Positions 29,522 through 39,674 of a DNA stretch of 64,000 bases are shown here, piece by piece. The position numbers and the translations under genes were made by a program. How positions within the stretch are numbered: position 1 is the stretch's first letter; every line of letters begins with the position of its first letter. Location of the stretch: assembly GCA_965233585.1 (NCBI GenBank), contig CBDDTI010000746.1:256001-320000 (forward strand), read 5' to 3'. Under the pieces are notes generated by a model. That model was not told where the DNA came from. It worked only from the letters and a program-made list of their open reading frames with translations, and did not search any database. The DNA is from a bacterium (GTDB lineage Bacteria > SAR324 > NAC60-12).

Positions 29522-31062
29522 TGTGCCACCACACTTTCTTTAATGCCTCCCATCAATGCACCAATCTTTTCATCGGTGACTTCACTGGGGGATAATTCGC
29601 CAGTGATTTGCCCGCTGGACATCACTGCAATTCGGTCGGCAACGGTCATAATGTCGTCTAATTCTGTGGAGATGTACAATATGGCTTTGCCATTGTCACG
29701 GGCATCTAAGATGGTTTGCTGTACTGCTTCTATCGCTCCCACATCCAACCCTTTGCAAGGTTGCATCACCACCAAAAGTTCTGGATTGCGTTCCACTTCT
29801 CGGGCAAAAATCAGTTTTTGCTGATTACCACCCGACAGAAACCGCACTTGTTGGTCAATACTCCGCATCCGCACATCGTATTTTTTAACCCATGCGGAAG
29901 CCCTCGTCCGAATGTTTTTAAAGTTTAATATTCCTTTGTTAGAAAATTTAGGAGTGTCAAAATCTCTGATAACGCTGTTTTGTGCGATGGTAAAGTCTAA
30001 TACCAAGCCTGTGTGATGGCGGTCTTCGGGTACGTAGGAAATTTTATGTCTATGGCATCGGTTGTACACGGATTCGTTGGTCATATCTGTATTGTGTAAC
30101 ACAATCTGCCCAGAATCCAATTTTAGCAATCCTACAATAGCACTTGCCAATTCCGCTTGCCCGTTACCATCTACGCCTGCAATCGCCAAGATTTCACCCG
30201 CACGGATTTCAATGCTCACATCTTTTAACGCCTGCACTCCCTGTGAGTTGTGTGCATTTAATCCCTTTGCTGTGAACACGATGGGATTTTTTGCAACGTT
30301 GGAAGGGGGTGCCGATTTTTTTAATTGTGTGTGGGAGACGTCTCGCCCCACCATTAAAGTTGCCAGTTCCTTGACATTCGTCTCTGCTACATTCAAATTG
30401 CTTCGTACTTTACCATGTTGCATAATGGTGACCGTATCGGCAATCGCCATGACTTCGTCCAACTTATGGGTGATGAATATCACTGTTTTTCCCGTTTCTT
30501 TTAGACGTCTCATGCCGTCCAAAAAACTATTAATTTCGTTCGGAGTGAGTACACTGGTTGGCTCGTCCAGAATGATAATGCTTGCATTGCGAATCAAGAC
30601 TTTCAGAATCTCAATGCGTTGGCGCATACCGATTGACAACTTCCATACATATTCGTATAGATTGACATCAAAATTGTATTCTTGGCACAGAGATTCTAAC
30701 TCCTGTGCAATTTTTTCCAATTTCAATGTGATGCCTTGATGGGGCAAACCTAACGCTACGTTTTCCAAAGTAGTCAATGAATCTACCAACATAAAGTGTT
30801 GATGAATCATGCCGATACCCATTTGCATTGCTTTTTGAGGGGAGGCAATTTTGACTTTCTTGCCGTGTAATTGAATGCCTCCCTCTTCGGGTTGATACAG
30901 TCCAAACAACACATTCATCAGCGTCGTCTTTCCCGCACCATTTTCCCCCAAGATAGCATGAATGGTGCCCGATTGAATTTCTATATCTACAGAATCCAGT
31001 GCATAGAATCCATCAAAGACTTTTGACACCCCCTTTAATGTAATTGCGGATTCTGACGCCAT
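29518..31062 (-). CDS. ABC ATP-binding protein with two ATPase domains
   Basis: GENGAGKTT, LDEPT, LSGGNQQK; start set at MASES. Confidence 0.93.
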   Translation of the reverse strand: MASESAITLKGVSKVFDGFYALDSVDIEIQSGTIHAILGENGAGKTTLMNVLFGLYQPEEGGIQLHGKKVKIASPQKAMQMGIGMIHQHFMLVDSLTTLENVALGLPHQGITLKLEKIAQELESLCQEYNFDVNLYEYVWKLSIGMRQRIEILKVLIRNASIIILDEPTSVLTPNEINSFLDGMRRLKETGKTVIFITHKLDEVMAIADTVTIMQHGKVRSNLNVAETNVKELATLMVGRDVSHTQLKKSAPPSNVAKNPIVFTAKGLNAHNSQGVQALKDVSIEIRAGEILAIAGVDGNGQAELASAIVGLLKLDSGQIVLHNTDMTNESVYNRCHRHKISYVPEDRHHTGLVLDFTIAQNSVIRDFDTPKFSNKGILNFKNIRTRASAWVKKYDVRMRSIDQQVRFLSGGNQQKLIFAREVERNPELLVVMQPCKGLDVGAIEAVQQTILDARDNGKAILYISTELDDIMTVADRIAVMSSGQITGELSPSEVTDEKIGALMGGIKESVVAQ

Positions 31063-31075
31063 TTGATCAGAATAG

Positions 31076-32023
31076 TTATTGGATTTTAAGTTTACCCGAT
31101 TTGATATTGTCAAGGATGCGATTGACCTCAGATTCTACGCTACTAGGCACGCGGTCAGAATATGACCCGATACGTGTTGCCTCTGGTGTTTCAAACCCAA
31201 AGGTATAGACTTTGCCTTCCAGTGTACCTGCCTTCGCTTCAGCGATAATCACACCCAATGCACTACGCATGTCTAAGATAGCGGATTGAATCACTGTTTT
31301 GGGCCAGTCAACTTTTGCATCGTAATAGATTCCAATGCCCATGATGCCTTTTTCGCGCGCTGCTTGCAGGCTTCCTACGACGCCATTGTCCATAGATGGA
31401 AAGACCACATCAACGCCTTCGCTAATCATATTCAATGCAGCTTCTTTACCTTTTGCAACGTCGTCCCAATCGTTTGTCCATGCGGTGTAAACCGTCCCAT
31501 CTGGATTCGCCTCTTTGAATCCTTTTTCAAAGCCTTCGCCAAGCTGTACATAAAACTTCAATTTTTGGGCGCCAATGTATCCCCCTTTGCCTGTTTTAGA
31601 GGACTTACCAGAGATGTATCCCATGACATACCCCATGCTTGGAAAGTCAAAGCTCATGGTGGCAACATTTGTGTCGGCTTCTACGCCGTTAACAATCAAG
31701 AATTGTGTCTTTGGAAATCTGTTTGCTACACGGCTGATAGATTCTTGAAACTCTCCTCCGTGTCCAATGACCAAATCATAGCCACGACGGGCATAATCTG
31801 CCAATGCTTGTGGTTGGTCGGGTTGTGCAGTTTTTTCGGAGTAAGCAAATTCAATACTCAATTTTTCAGATGCCCGTTTGACTCCCTCGTAACCTGCTTG
31901 GTTAAAGGATTTATCTGTAATCACGCCCGGTAATACAATCGCCACTTTAAAATCACCAGCAAAAGCGAAGCTGGAAGCAGATACGACACCTGCCATAATC
32001 AACGTTTTAATGAAGTTTTTCAT
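31076..32023 (-). CDS. BMP-family ABC substrate-binding protein
   Basis: Signal peptide, DKSFNQAGYEG, GYDLVIGHG. Confidence 0.9.
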   Translation of the reverse strand: MKNFIKTLIMAGVVSASSFAFAGDFKVAIVLPGVITDKSFNQAGYEGVKRASEKLSIEFAYSEKTAQPDQPQALADYARRGYDLVIGHGGEFQESISRVANRFPKTQFLIVNGVEADTNVATMSFDFPSMGYVMGYISGKSSKTGKGGYIGAQKLKFYVQLGEGFEKGFKEANPDGTVYTAWTNDWDDVAKGKEAALNMISEGVDVVFPSMDNGVVGSLQAAREKGIMGIGIYYDAKVDWPKTVIQSAILDMRSALGVIIAEAKAGTLEGKVYTFGFETPEATRIGSYSDRVPSSVESEVNRILDNIKSGKLKIQ

Positions 32024-32229
32024 ATGTTTATAGCCATTCATAAAAGGTTAGGAAAACAACTTGTTAACTTTTTTCAAACCTTGCAAATTTTTCCAAAAAG
32101 TCAACAAAGTGGGTGCAGTCTAAAGCAGGAAAAAAGATAAGTCAAGTTATTTTTTTGCAAAAAAGGGGGCAATTCTGCTCCCTTTGTCTTGCCTTTGTCT
32201 TCAAGCACAACTTCCATCTTCGTTGCCTT

Positions 32230-32561
32230 TTCGTCACCTGCGGGCTTGTGTTTAAGTCATTGTGGGTTTGTTTTTTGTCATTGCTCATCTTGACCCGCAA
32301 TCTCTCTTTTTTTCTCATTCCTCACTTTCTCACCTGTGGGCTTGTTTTTTGGTCGTGGCTCACCTTGTTCCGCAATCTCATTCTTGTTTTTGAGATTTGG
32401 TGTCAAGCCTGCAAACTTCTCCTGTCATTCCTGCGAAAGCAGGAATCCAATCATGTAGGAATCTGTGCTTTGTTTAAGATAGATTCCGTGTCAAGCACGG
32501 AATGACGTCAGGATTTTGCTCATCTTGAGAACTGTCATTGCTCACCTTGACCCGCAATCTC
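32230..32561. repeat. Cluster of REP/RPE-like palindromes
   Basis: GTCATTCCTGCGAAAGCAGGAATCC, GATTCCGTGTCAAGCACGGAATGAC and several GTCATTGCTCA(C/T)CTTGACCCGCAATCTC copies. Confidence 0.85.
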
Positions 32562-32735
32562 AAATTTCCATTTTTTCAAAAACTAACCCGCTTGTTTCTT
32601 TGACTTTTTGCTCAACTCATCAAAAATAATTAAAAAAGACGATTTTCCAGTTGCATTTGTTTTGAGCAGTCTGCTAGAATCATCAACTTATTTTTTGTTC
32701 GTTCTCATTTAACCAAATCATTTAGGAGTTTTTTT

Positions 32736-33440
32736 ATATTAGAACAAATCAAATCCATTCAAATCCTTTTTGTCAGGTGCGGGTCTTTTTATGACAAGAT
32801 AATTGTTTTCCTGACACTGCTGGTCTTGGCAGGTTGCACACCGCCTGCTGAAGAAAACGAGGGGGAAGCCACCCAAAATCAAGCCACTTGCGAGGTCACC
32901 TCTGGCAGTTCTTTGGCAACGGGTCAAGAATTGGTTGCAGACTTAACATGCGCTGTATCAAACATTTATCAAGGCAAACGGTTAAGCATCACTTACGATG
33001 AAAGTTTGACGTCTTTGAAGCTGGTTGTGTCAGGGGACAAAGCAGTCGGACAGATTGGAGGGGAGACAGTTGGACAGAGTGGAACGTTAAACTACAAATT
33101 ACCTAGAAAAAAAGAGTTTCAAGCCAAGCTGAAGTTGGCAGGAGTCGCAGCAGGCAAGGGACAACTCAAGTTCAAAATCTTGAGAAAAAAATCAAATTGG
33201 GATTTTACAGTGGTCAATGGAGGTTCTAACTCATCGTCAGGTTCCAGTGGGGGAAGTAAGGCATTGACTCTGGGTGCTGCGGTCACGTCAACTGCTTTTA
33301 CCAAAATGCAGGACACATCAGGCAAAGTCAATGAACGCGAAATTCCAGTCTTGTGTCGGCTTGATACGCCTGTGGAAATTCATTATTACAAAAATGGTGG
33401 AATCCTCCACACTGTCCTACGTAGCTTCATGCAAAGCTGA
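32736..33440 (+). pseudogene. Chimeric remnant: lipoprotein 5' part fused to an aconitase A C-terminus
   Basis: AGGAG then ATA in place of ATG, lipobox LAGC, and final ~35 aa [25 protein letters not shown] typical of the AcnA C-terminus. Confidence 0.7.
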
Positions 33441-33555
33441 CTTGATTTGAACTCAGACCAATCCTGTTTGAAAGTAACATTTTTGATGAATATCCTGCAG
33501 AAGAAAGCAAGTGGGAAAGTCTTTAAACTCCAAAAATCCCTTGTCCCTAGCTGAC

Positions 33556-36500
33556 TTAAATCTCTCCACCAACACCTTTGAATTTGTCAACGAAGGCAGA
33601 GATTTTATCAAAAACGGTTTGTTTTTTCGTGTGATATTGCGGATTAAGGGGACTCATTTTGGGTAGTGCTTCGTTGAGTTCTGTGCCATTTTTGCTGGCA
33701 AATTTTCGTTCCAGTGATTTTTTGATGTAACGTTTTGCCGCTGCATCGTTTAGCTCTTCTTCTTTTATCAGTTCGGTTGCTTCTCTTTGCTGTTCTTGTC
33801 GTGCAAAAGTAAAAAATGCTTCAATCATGCTGGCTTTGTCCTCAAATGTTGCAAAATCAGCCTGATGAATGAAGTCAAGTAACAATCCTTCCTTTGATCT
33901 GTGGTCTAGGCTGGAGCTTATCATGCGTTTGACATCTTCAATCAAAGTGTCTTTGCTTTTGGTCTTTTGGTTTTTCTCAAAAATAAGCTCCAAAATATAA
34001 TCAAGGTCAATTTCTTGGGATTTGAGCAAGTCCACTTCAAACACCACATCGTCCCAATCTATCTTAGACTCGTCTTGTTTCTCTGATGCTCTTTCTTTGA
34101 TGAGCCAATCGCGAATGTCGTTATATGTAGAACGATAGTCTTGAATGGTGCGTTCTGACGGCATTTCTATTGTTTGTATGGTGGCAAAATCGTCATCGCT
34201 TAGATGGTGTTGTTTTTTAAATTCTTCTATCTCATCGGGGTTTTTTGTGTCAAGATTTTGCAAGGTTTTAAGGGTAGTAAACTCATCATAATTTTGCAGC
34301 ACATTTTCTAGCCGTAAGTACTCACCAAATAACTTGACAAATTCTTTTTTATCATCTTCTTTGTCAATTTTAGCAGGGTTAGGAAATCGTTCTTGCAAGT
34401 CCTTCACAACGTCTTTAAAACCTCGTGTCACTTGACCTGTTGCAATGTCTTTAAAGCCTTCCATGTATTCCTGATAGCTTTTCTCCAAGATGACTTGCTC
34501 GGTATGACTCCCACTTTTGCCAAATAATTTGATGGCATCTTTCGTGGCTGGTTCTAGGTTGCGAAAGGTGACAATATTGCCAAAGGTTTTGGTGGCATCA
34601 TAAATGCGGTTGGTGCGGGAAAAGGCTTGAATCAAGCCATGAAAACGCAAATTTTTATCTACAAATAAGGTGTTCAAAGTAGGAGCATCAAAGCCTGTTA
34701 AAAACATTCCTACCACGATTAACAAATCCACTTCTTGAGCCTTCACCCGCTTTGCCAAATCGCGATAATAGTTTTGAAATGCTTGGCTCTCTACACTGAA
34801 GCTAGTTTTAAAATATTCGTTATAATCAGCAATGACTTTGCCTAAAAATTCTTTTGCGGTTTGGTCCCTGGTGATTGTCTCAAAGTCCTCATCTGCAATC
34901 TCACCGATGGCATGTTGTTCTTCGTTGGCAGCAAAGGAAAAGATGGTCGCAATTTTTAGTTTCTTATCGCTGTGTTCTTGCAATGTTTGAAAGGTTTCAT
35001 AATACGATTTGGCGGCATCTATACTGCTGACGGCAAACATGGCATTAAAACCTTTGTTATTGCTTTGCAAGCGGTGCGTCTTGTGATGAAAGTTGTTGAG
35101 GACATACTGCGCAATTTCCTTGATACGATTGGGGTGCAAGAATGCTTTTTTGTCCTCTTCTGCAAAAAATTTTTGCTCATCTTGTTCGGTTTCAATCGCT
35201 TTGAACTGGGGGCGGACATCATTGTAATCTACCTTGAATTTAAGCACTTTTTCATCACGAATAGCATCGGTGATGACATAAGAGTGTAGCTCGCAACCAA
35301 ACACGCTTTGTGTTGTCTCTGCACCTGAGGCGTTGTCAAGAAAAATTGGCGTCCCTGTAAAACCGAATTGATAAAATTGCTTAAACTTCTTTCTTAAGTT
35401 TTTCTGTGCCTCACCAAATTGGCTGCGGTGGCATTCGTCAAAAATAAACACCACTTGCTGATTGTACACGGGCAAGCCTGTTTCACCTTTCATCAGGTTG
35501 TTGAGTTTTTGAATGGTGGTGACGATGATTTTATTGTCATCTTTGCTTAAATTGCGTTTGAGTGCAGCAGTGCTGCTTGAACCGTTGACGCTATCAGGTG
35601 AGAATTTTTGATACTCTTTCATAGTCTGATAATCAAGGTCTTTTCTATCCACCACAAAAAACACCTTGTCAATAAAATTTAATGCTGTTGCCAAACGTGC
35701 GGTCTTAAAGCTGGTTAAGGTTTTTCCTGAACCTGTGGTGTGCCAAATGTAGCCTCCACTTCCTGGCTTACAACTATTTTTTGCTTGATACGAGCTTTGA
35801 ATCTTCCACAAAATGCGTTCAGTCGCAGCGATTTGATAGGGACGCATGACAAGCAAAGTTTCGTTTGCATCAAATACCGAATATTTTAATAACACATGAA
35901 GCAGGGTGTTTTTTTGCAAAAAAGTAGCAGTAAAGTCTTTGAGGTCTTTAATCAAAGTATTGTCAGCCCTTGCCCAATTCATGGTAAAGTCAAAGCTGTT
36001 TTTGTCCCGTTTGGTGGTGTTAGCAAAATAGCGGGTATCCGTGCCGTTGGAGATGACAAAAATTTGCAAATACTTATACAAAGAATTGTCGCTGTTGAAA
36101 CTTTCTTTGCTGTAACGATGGACTTGATTAAAGGCTTCGCGAATGGCAACGCCACGTCTTTTTAGCTCCAAATGCACCAAAGGCAAGCCATTAATCAAAA
36201 TCGTCACATCATAGCGGTTGGCATGGCTACCTGTTTGCTCAAATTGTCCAATCACTTGCAACTTATTCTTAGCGAGATTCTTTTTGTCTAGCAAATAAAT
36301 ATTTTTAATATGTCCGTCATCAAAGACAAAATCATAAATATAGTTATCGTGAATTTTACGTGATTTTTCCTCCAAAATATCGCTGGCTTTATCCAGATAT
36401 TGCTCCACAAATCGTTGCCATTCATCATTAGAAAACTGAACGTCATTTAAGTTTTGTAATTGTGTGCGGACATTGGCAAGCATCGCATCAGGGCTTTTGA

Positions 36501-36657
36501 TATTTTTGCAATACTCATAACCTTGATTTTGCAAATCCTGTATCAATTCACGTTCTAAATCTGCCTCAGTTTGATAACTTGTTGACTGTTCTAGTTCGTC
36601 ATATTTATCCAGAACAATAAAATTATTAGATTCTATGATGGGTTTGTAATGATTCAT
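33556..36657 (-). CDS. hsdR: Type I restriction endonuclease R subunit (EcoR124-like, type IC)
   Basis: [50 protein letters not shown]; start MNHYK after GGAG. Confidence 0.96.
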   Translation of the reverse strand: MNHYKPIIESNNFIVLDKYDELEQSTSYQTEADLERELIQDLQNQGYEYCKNIKSPDAMLANVRTQLQNLNDVQFSNDEWQRFVEQYLDKASDILEEKSRKIHDNYIYDFVFDDGHIKNIYLLDKKNLAKNKLQVIGQFEQTGSHANRYDVTILINGLPLVHLELKRRGVAIREAFNQVHRYSKESFNSDNSLYKYLQIFVISNGTDTRYFANTTKRDKNSFDFTMNWARADNTLIKDLKDFTATFLQKNTLLHVLLKYSVFDANETLLVMRPYQIAATERILWKIQSSYQAKNSCKPGSGGYIWHTTGSGKTLTSFKTARLATALNFIDKVFFVVDRKDLDYQTMKEYQKFSPDSVNGSSSTAALKRNLSKDDNKIIVTTIQKLNNLMKGETGLPVYNQQVVFIFDECHRSQFGEAQKNLRKKFKQFYQFGFTGTPIFLDNASGAETTQSVFGCELHSYVITDAIRDEKVLKFKVDYNDVRPQFKAIETEQDEQKFFAEEDKKAFLHPNRIKEIAQYVLNNFHHKTHRLQSNNKGFNAMFAVSSIDAAKSYYETFQTLQEHSDKKLKIATIFSFAANEEQHAIGEIADEDFETITRDQTAKEFLGKVIADYNEYFKTSFSVESQAFQNYYRDLAKRVKAQEVDLLIVVGMFLTGFDAPTLNTLFVDKNLRFHGLIQAFSRTNRIYDATKTFGNIVTFRNLEPATKDAIKLFGKSGSHTEQVILEKSYQEYMEGFKDIATGQVTRGFKDVVKDLQERFPNPAKIDKEDDKKEFVKLFGEYLRLENVLQNYDEFTTLKTLQNLDTKNPDEIEEFKKQHHLSDDDFATIQTIEMPSERTIQDYRSTYNDIRDWLIKERASEKQDESKIDWDDVVFEVDLLKSQEIDLDYILELIFEKNQKTKSKDTLIEDVKRMISSSLDHRSKEGLLLDFIHQADFATFEDKASMIEAFFTFARQEQQREATELIKEEELNDAAAKRYIKKSLERKFASKNGTELNEALPKMSPLNPQYHTKKQTVFDKISAFVDKFKGVGGEI

Positions 36658-36678
36658 AAGATGATCTCCAGTATTTTT

Positions 36679-36820
36679 AACCACAGATAAACACAGATAA
36701 ACACAGATAAGCTTCACAAAAAACACTATTTAATCTGTGTTCATCGTGTTCATCTGTGGTTTATTCTTAATGTTTTATTACATCTTTTTGACCACAGATG
36801 CACTCAAATTAACACAGACA
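36679..36820. repeat. CCACAGAT palindromic unit plus the left arm of the GxxExxY element
   Basis: AACCACAGATAAACACAGATAAACACAGAT...ATCTGTGTTCATCGTGTTCATCTGTGGTT, then a spacer and ACCACAGATGCACTCAAATTAACACAGAC. Confidence 0.9.
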
Positions 36821-36825
36821 GGTTT

Positions 36826-37203
36826 TCACAGAACCATTCTTTTAATCTGTATTTTAGGTGTGCCAAAGTTAATGATTAATCCCAAAGGGAGTTTTGTTGC
36901 TTTAAGATAGTTGAGAAGCTGGGCTTGATGGATATTGTTCAGAGTTTGTACTGCCTTGATTTCAAGAATCACCTGTTGATTGACCAGAATATCAGCAAAG
37001 TATTCACCAACTACTTGACCTTTGTAGGCAATAGTCATCATCTTTTCTTTTTCTGCTTTTAACCCTGCATCTGCTAATTCAATCATCATGGCATTTTGAT
37101 AGACTTTTTCCAAAAAACCTGCTCCAAGCGTGTTTGATACAGTAAAAGCACAACCAATTACCTCCCCCGAAATATCATTTAATCTGTGTTGTTCTGTATT
37201 CAT
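36826..37203 (-). CDS. GxxExxY protein (PD-(D/E)XK nuclease family)
   Basis: LGAGFLEKVY, ADILV...ILEIK, AQLLNYLK...GLIINFG; 125 aa. Confidence 0.95.
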   Translation of the reverse strand: MNTEQHRLNDISGEVIGCAFTVSNTLGAGFLEKVYQNAMMIELADAGLKAEKEKMMTIAYKGQVVGEYFADILVNQQVILEIKAVQTLNNIHQAQLLNYLKATKLPLGLIINFGTPKIQIKRMVL

Positions 37204-37396
37204 CTTTGTTCTTTTTCAATACTTTTTAATCCGTGTTCATCTGTGGTTTATTCTTAATGTTTTATTACGTCTTTTTAACCACAGATGGACTCAGATCAAC
37301 ACAGATAATGTATCACAGAATCTTCTTTTAATCTGCGTTTATCAGTGTTTATCTGTGGTTTTTTCAATACTATTTCATCTGTACTCATTTGTGGTT
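37180..37396. repeat. CCACAGAT palindromic arms: right arm of the GxxExxY element, a miniature unit and extra half-arms
   Basis: Arms at 37180-37210, 37227-37248, 37277-37360 (full hairpin) and 37376-37396. Confidence 0.9.
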
Positions 37397-37404
37397 CTTT
37401 TCAA

Positions 37405-37875
37405 TTAAATAGTAATAAAATTAAGCCGATGATTTTCTTGAATCAAGGATTTCATTGAATGTAAGGCTTGGTCAAATGCTTTTTTGTTTTGCAAAAGGCG
37501 TTGCTGATTGATGGTGTAGCCAGCCACCAAATGCTGTTTAAGAATGCCTGTTGCCCATTGGCGAAACTGCACACCACGTTGAGATTTCACACGATAACCA
37601 ACTGAAATAATCACATCAAGATTGTAATAATCTACTTGGTATATTTTGCCATCTTTGGCAGTTGTTGCATTTTTTGCAACAACTGCGGAACGTTCTAATT
37701 CTTGCTCATTAAGCAGATTTCGCAGATGACGGGATATGACTGATTTATCGTGTTCAAATAATTGCGACATCTGGTCTAGGCTAAGCCATACGGTCTCATT
37801 GTCTAGGGTAACTTTTAGCTCAAGTTGCCCGTCCTTAGATTGATAGATTTGGATTTGTTGTAGGTGGCTAGACAT
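37405..37875 (-). CDS. RhuM-like DNA-binding domain protein, probably 3'-truncated
   Basis: ETVWLS..QM..LF, YNLDVIISVGYRVKSQRGVQFRQWA; ends next to the repeat cluster. Confidence 0.85.
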   Translation of the reverse strand: MSSHLQQIQIYQSKDGQLELKVTLDNETVWLSLDQMSQLFEHDKSVISRHLRNLLNEQELERSAVVAKNATTAKDGKIYQVDYYNLDVIISVGYRVKSQRGVQFRQWATGILKQHLVAGYTINQQRLLQNKKAFDQALHSMKSLIQENHRLNFITI

Positions 37876-37878
37876 GGA

Positions 37879-39444
37879 TTATTTCACTTGGTTGCTGATT
37901 TTGAAATCTAAAAAAGATATATTCTTGCTTTTGAGTTCTTTTAGATATTCTTGACCCTCAGGGATGTTTGATTTGTCACTAGCATGCTCGTATAAAAACA
38001 GCCAAAAGCGATCTTGTTCTCGCTTATCACTTGTTTTTATTTCTTCTACTTTACAGTCAAAAAGACGTGATTTTAATCTAAACTTTTTGGTGTACTTCCA
38101 TGCCAATAGGATAGAGATACAATCATTATATTCTATAACCTTTTCTCTCCATTTCTTAGAAAGTTTACTAATTTTCACTCCATATTTAATTGCAAAATAA
38201 AAACAAAAAGACAAAGCATCAGTCTGTCCCCTTTCTATGGACTGACGAAACAATAAGGGTAGGAAAACTTTGATTGACTGTTGTTGATTGCTAGCAAAAA
38301 TCAAAACAAACCCTTCTAGTAATGGAATCAAATACGGATACAATAAAGACAAAGAAAGGATTTTCTTAACATATAATTTTTTCGCTCTGTCGGACAGACT
38401 CTTTTTAGAGATAACTTTAATGGCGTAATTAACTGGGGCAAAGTCATCATAGTCTTTGGCTATTGAGATAGCTAAGTTTAAGTAAGCATTTATTGAATTA
38501 AAACCTATTTTCTCTTTATCTGGAAAATTAAATTGATTGAGTTTTTGAGTCCATACACTCTCGTGATATTCAATAAGAGTGCAAATTGAAGTTTTCTTTT
38601 GGTTAAGTAGTAACTCATACTCCTTTAAAGCTAACTCCAATGTTTTAAGAAAGTTGTTAGCATTGTTCTCATCTTCAGCAAAATAAGTATAGTCATCAAT
38701 ATAGCGAATAACTTTTTTAAACCCCTTTTCTTGTAAGATATAATCTACAGAAGTTAGGATTATTTCAGAAACAATATTTGACGTGTGAGGGCCGATTAAA
38801 AGCCCATTAGTCTGTGAGTCGTTACAGTTTCTCACATCTCTATCCAAATTATTTGACCAGTGTGATTTTTCATCTTTGTTTTTTCTATTAGTTGGAAATC
38901 GTTTTTCTTTAGCTTCGTCTTTTCCTTGTATTGCCCAAGGAATTGAGTGGGTATAAATACTTGGAAAGCAAGTTGAAATATCTGCCTTCACTACATATTC
39001 GCAACCTAAGCAATAATCTTGTTCACACTCTTCTTTTTTCCACTTTTCCCACCCTTCATAACTCATTTCAAAAATATGCTTCTTACCTTTAATTTTTCTA
39101 ACATGGCAAAAATTGAATTTAGTTTTTGGCTTGCCTATGTGTTCATTAATAGATGTCCAATATTTTTCAATTGTTTTACACAAGTGCATGTGAGATTCTG
39201 GGTGAGGTATTGCTAATTGTCTGGAAATGCCTTTATTTCTGGTTGCCATATATGAAATGCTTGCATGCGCACAACGTTTAGAACCATTAGTCTTAAAATC
39301 AAAATCTAGTAAAAAATTTGATGAAAAACAGGGGGGTAGTTTATCGGCAAACATACCATATCCTAGCAATGCTGTATAGACATCTTCGGCATCTATAAGA
39401 TCAATATATGCTAGAGAGAAAATACTTATACCTTTATAGTTCAT
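37879..39444 (-). CDS. Reverse transcriptase, Abi/UG (DRT-like, candidate DRT4) with helical C-terminal domain
   Basis: [42 protein letters not shown], catalytic RYIDD, LNQKKT; visibly AT-richer than the flanks. Confidence 0.9.
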   Translation of the reverse strand: MNYKGISIFSLAYIDLIDAEDVYTALLGYGMFADKLPPCFSSNFLLDFDFKTNGSKRCAHASISYMATRNKGISRQLAIPHPESHMHLCKTIEKYWTSINEHIGKPKTKFNFCHVRKIKGKKHIFEMSYEGWEKWKKEECEQDYCLGCEYVVKADISTCFPSIYTHSIPWAIQGKDEAKEKRFPTNRKNKDEKSHWSNNLDRDVRNCNDSQTNGLLIGPHTSNIVSEIILTSVDYILQEKGFKKVIRYIDDYTYFAEDENNANNFLKTLELALKEYELLLNQKKTSICTLIEYHESVWTQKLNQFNFPDKEKIGFNSINAYLNLAISIAKDYDDFAPVNYAIKVISKKSLSDRAKKLYVKKILSLSLLYPYLIPLLEGFVLIFASNQQQSIKVFLPLLFRQSIERGQTDALSFCFYFAIKYGVKISKLSKKWREKVIEYNDCISILLAWKYTKKFRLKSRLFDCKVEEIKTSDKREQDRFWLFLYEHASDKSNIPEGQEYLKELKSKNISFLDFKISNQVK

Positions 39445-39519
39445 TAATAAATTACGATAATATTCATATTGCTTTTGTCTTAGCTCAATCTCACGCGGTA
39501 GCCCTTCGCTGATGCTATT
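39442..39519 (-). pseudogene. Duplicated hsdS 3' segment, in frame with the RT
   Basis: Reads [26 protein letters not shown], the same as the HsdS C-terminus at about 39698-39775. Confidence 0.9.
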
Positions 39520-39520
39520 T

Positions 39521-39674
39521 TTGTTTATCTGTGGCTTTTTCCTAATGCTTTATTACGTCTTTTTGACCACAGATAAACACAAAAAACACAGATGATGCGT
39601 CACAGAATCTTTTTTAATCAGTGTTCATCTATGTTCATCGGTGGTTAAAAAATCATCTACTTTCATCTGTGGTT
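39521..39674. repeat. CCACAGAT palindromic arms between hsdS and the RT
   Basis: Half-arm 39521-39535, hairpin 39566-39646, half-arm 39654-39674 overlapping the hsdS stop. Confidence 0.9.

Noticed and set aside
30062..31933. Long plus-strand ORFs (225 aa and 215 aa) and similar antisense ORFs elsewhere
   Set aside because: They are shadows of well-supported genes on the opposite strand.
32113..32505. 130-aa plus-strand ORF
   Set aside because: It runs through the REP cluster and has no protein-like features.
36658..36726. N-terminal extension of HsdR ([16 protein letters not shown])
   Set aside because: It is a translation of the palindromic repeat; the RBS precedes the ATG at 36657.
36679..37396. 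CRISPR array or integron attC array
   Set aside because: The repeats alternate in orientation, the spacers are conserved rather than unique, and there is no cas or integrase gene in the window.
37130..37408. 92-aa plus-strand ORF
   Set aside because: It consists of repeat arms and is antisense to the GxxExxY gene.
37879..39674. Retron, DGR or group II intron
   Set aside because: There is no VTG motif, maturase or intron structure and no Avd-like gene. The differences between the hsdS duplicate and hsdS are synonymous and not confined to adenines, unlike a TR/VR pair.
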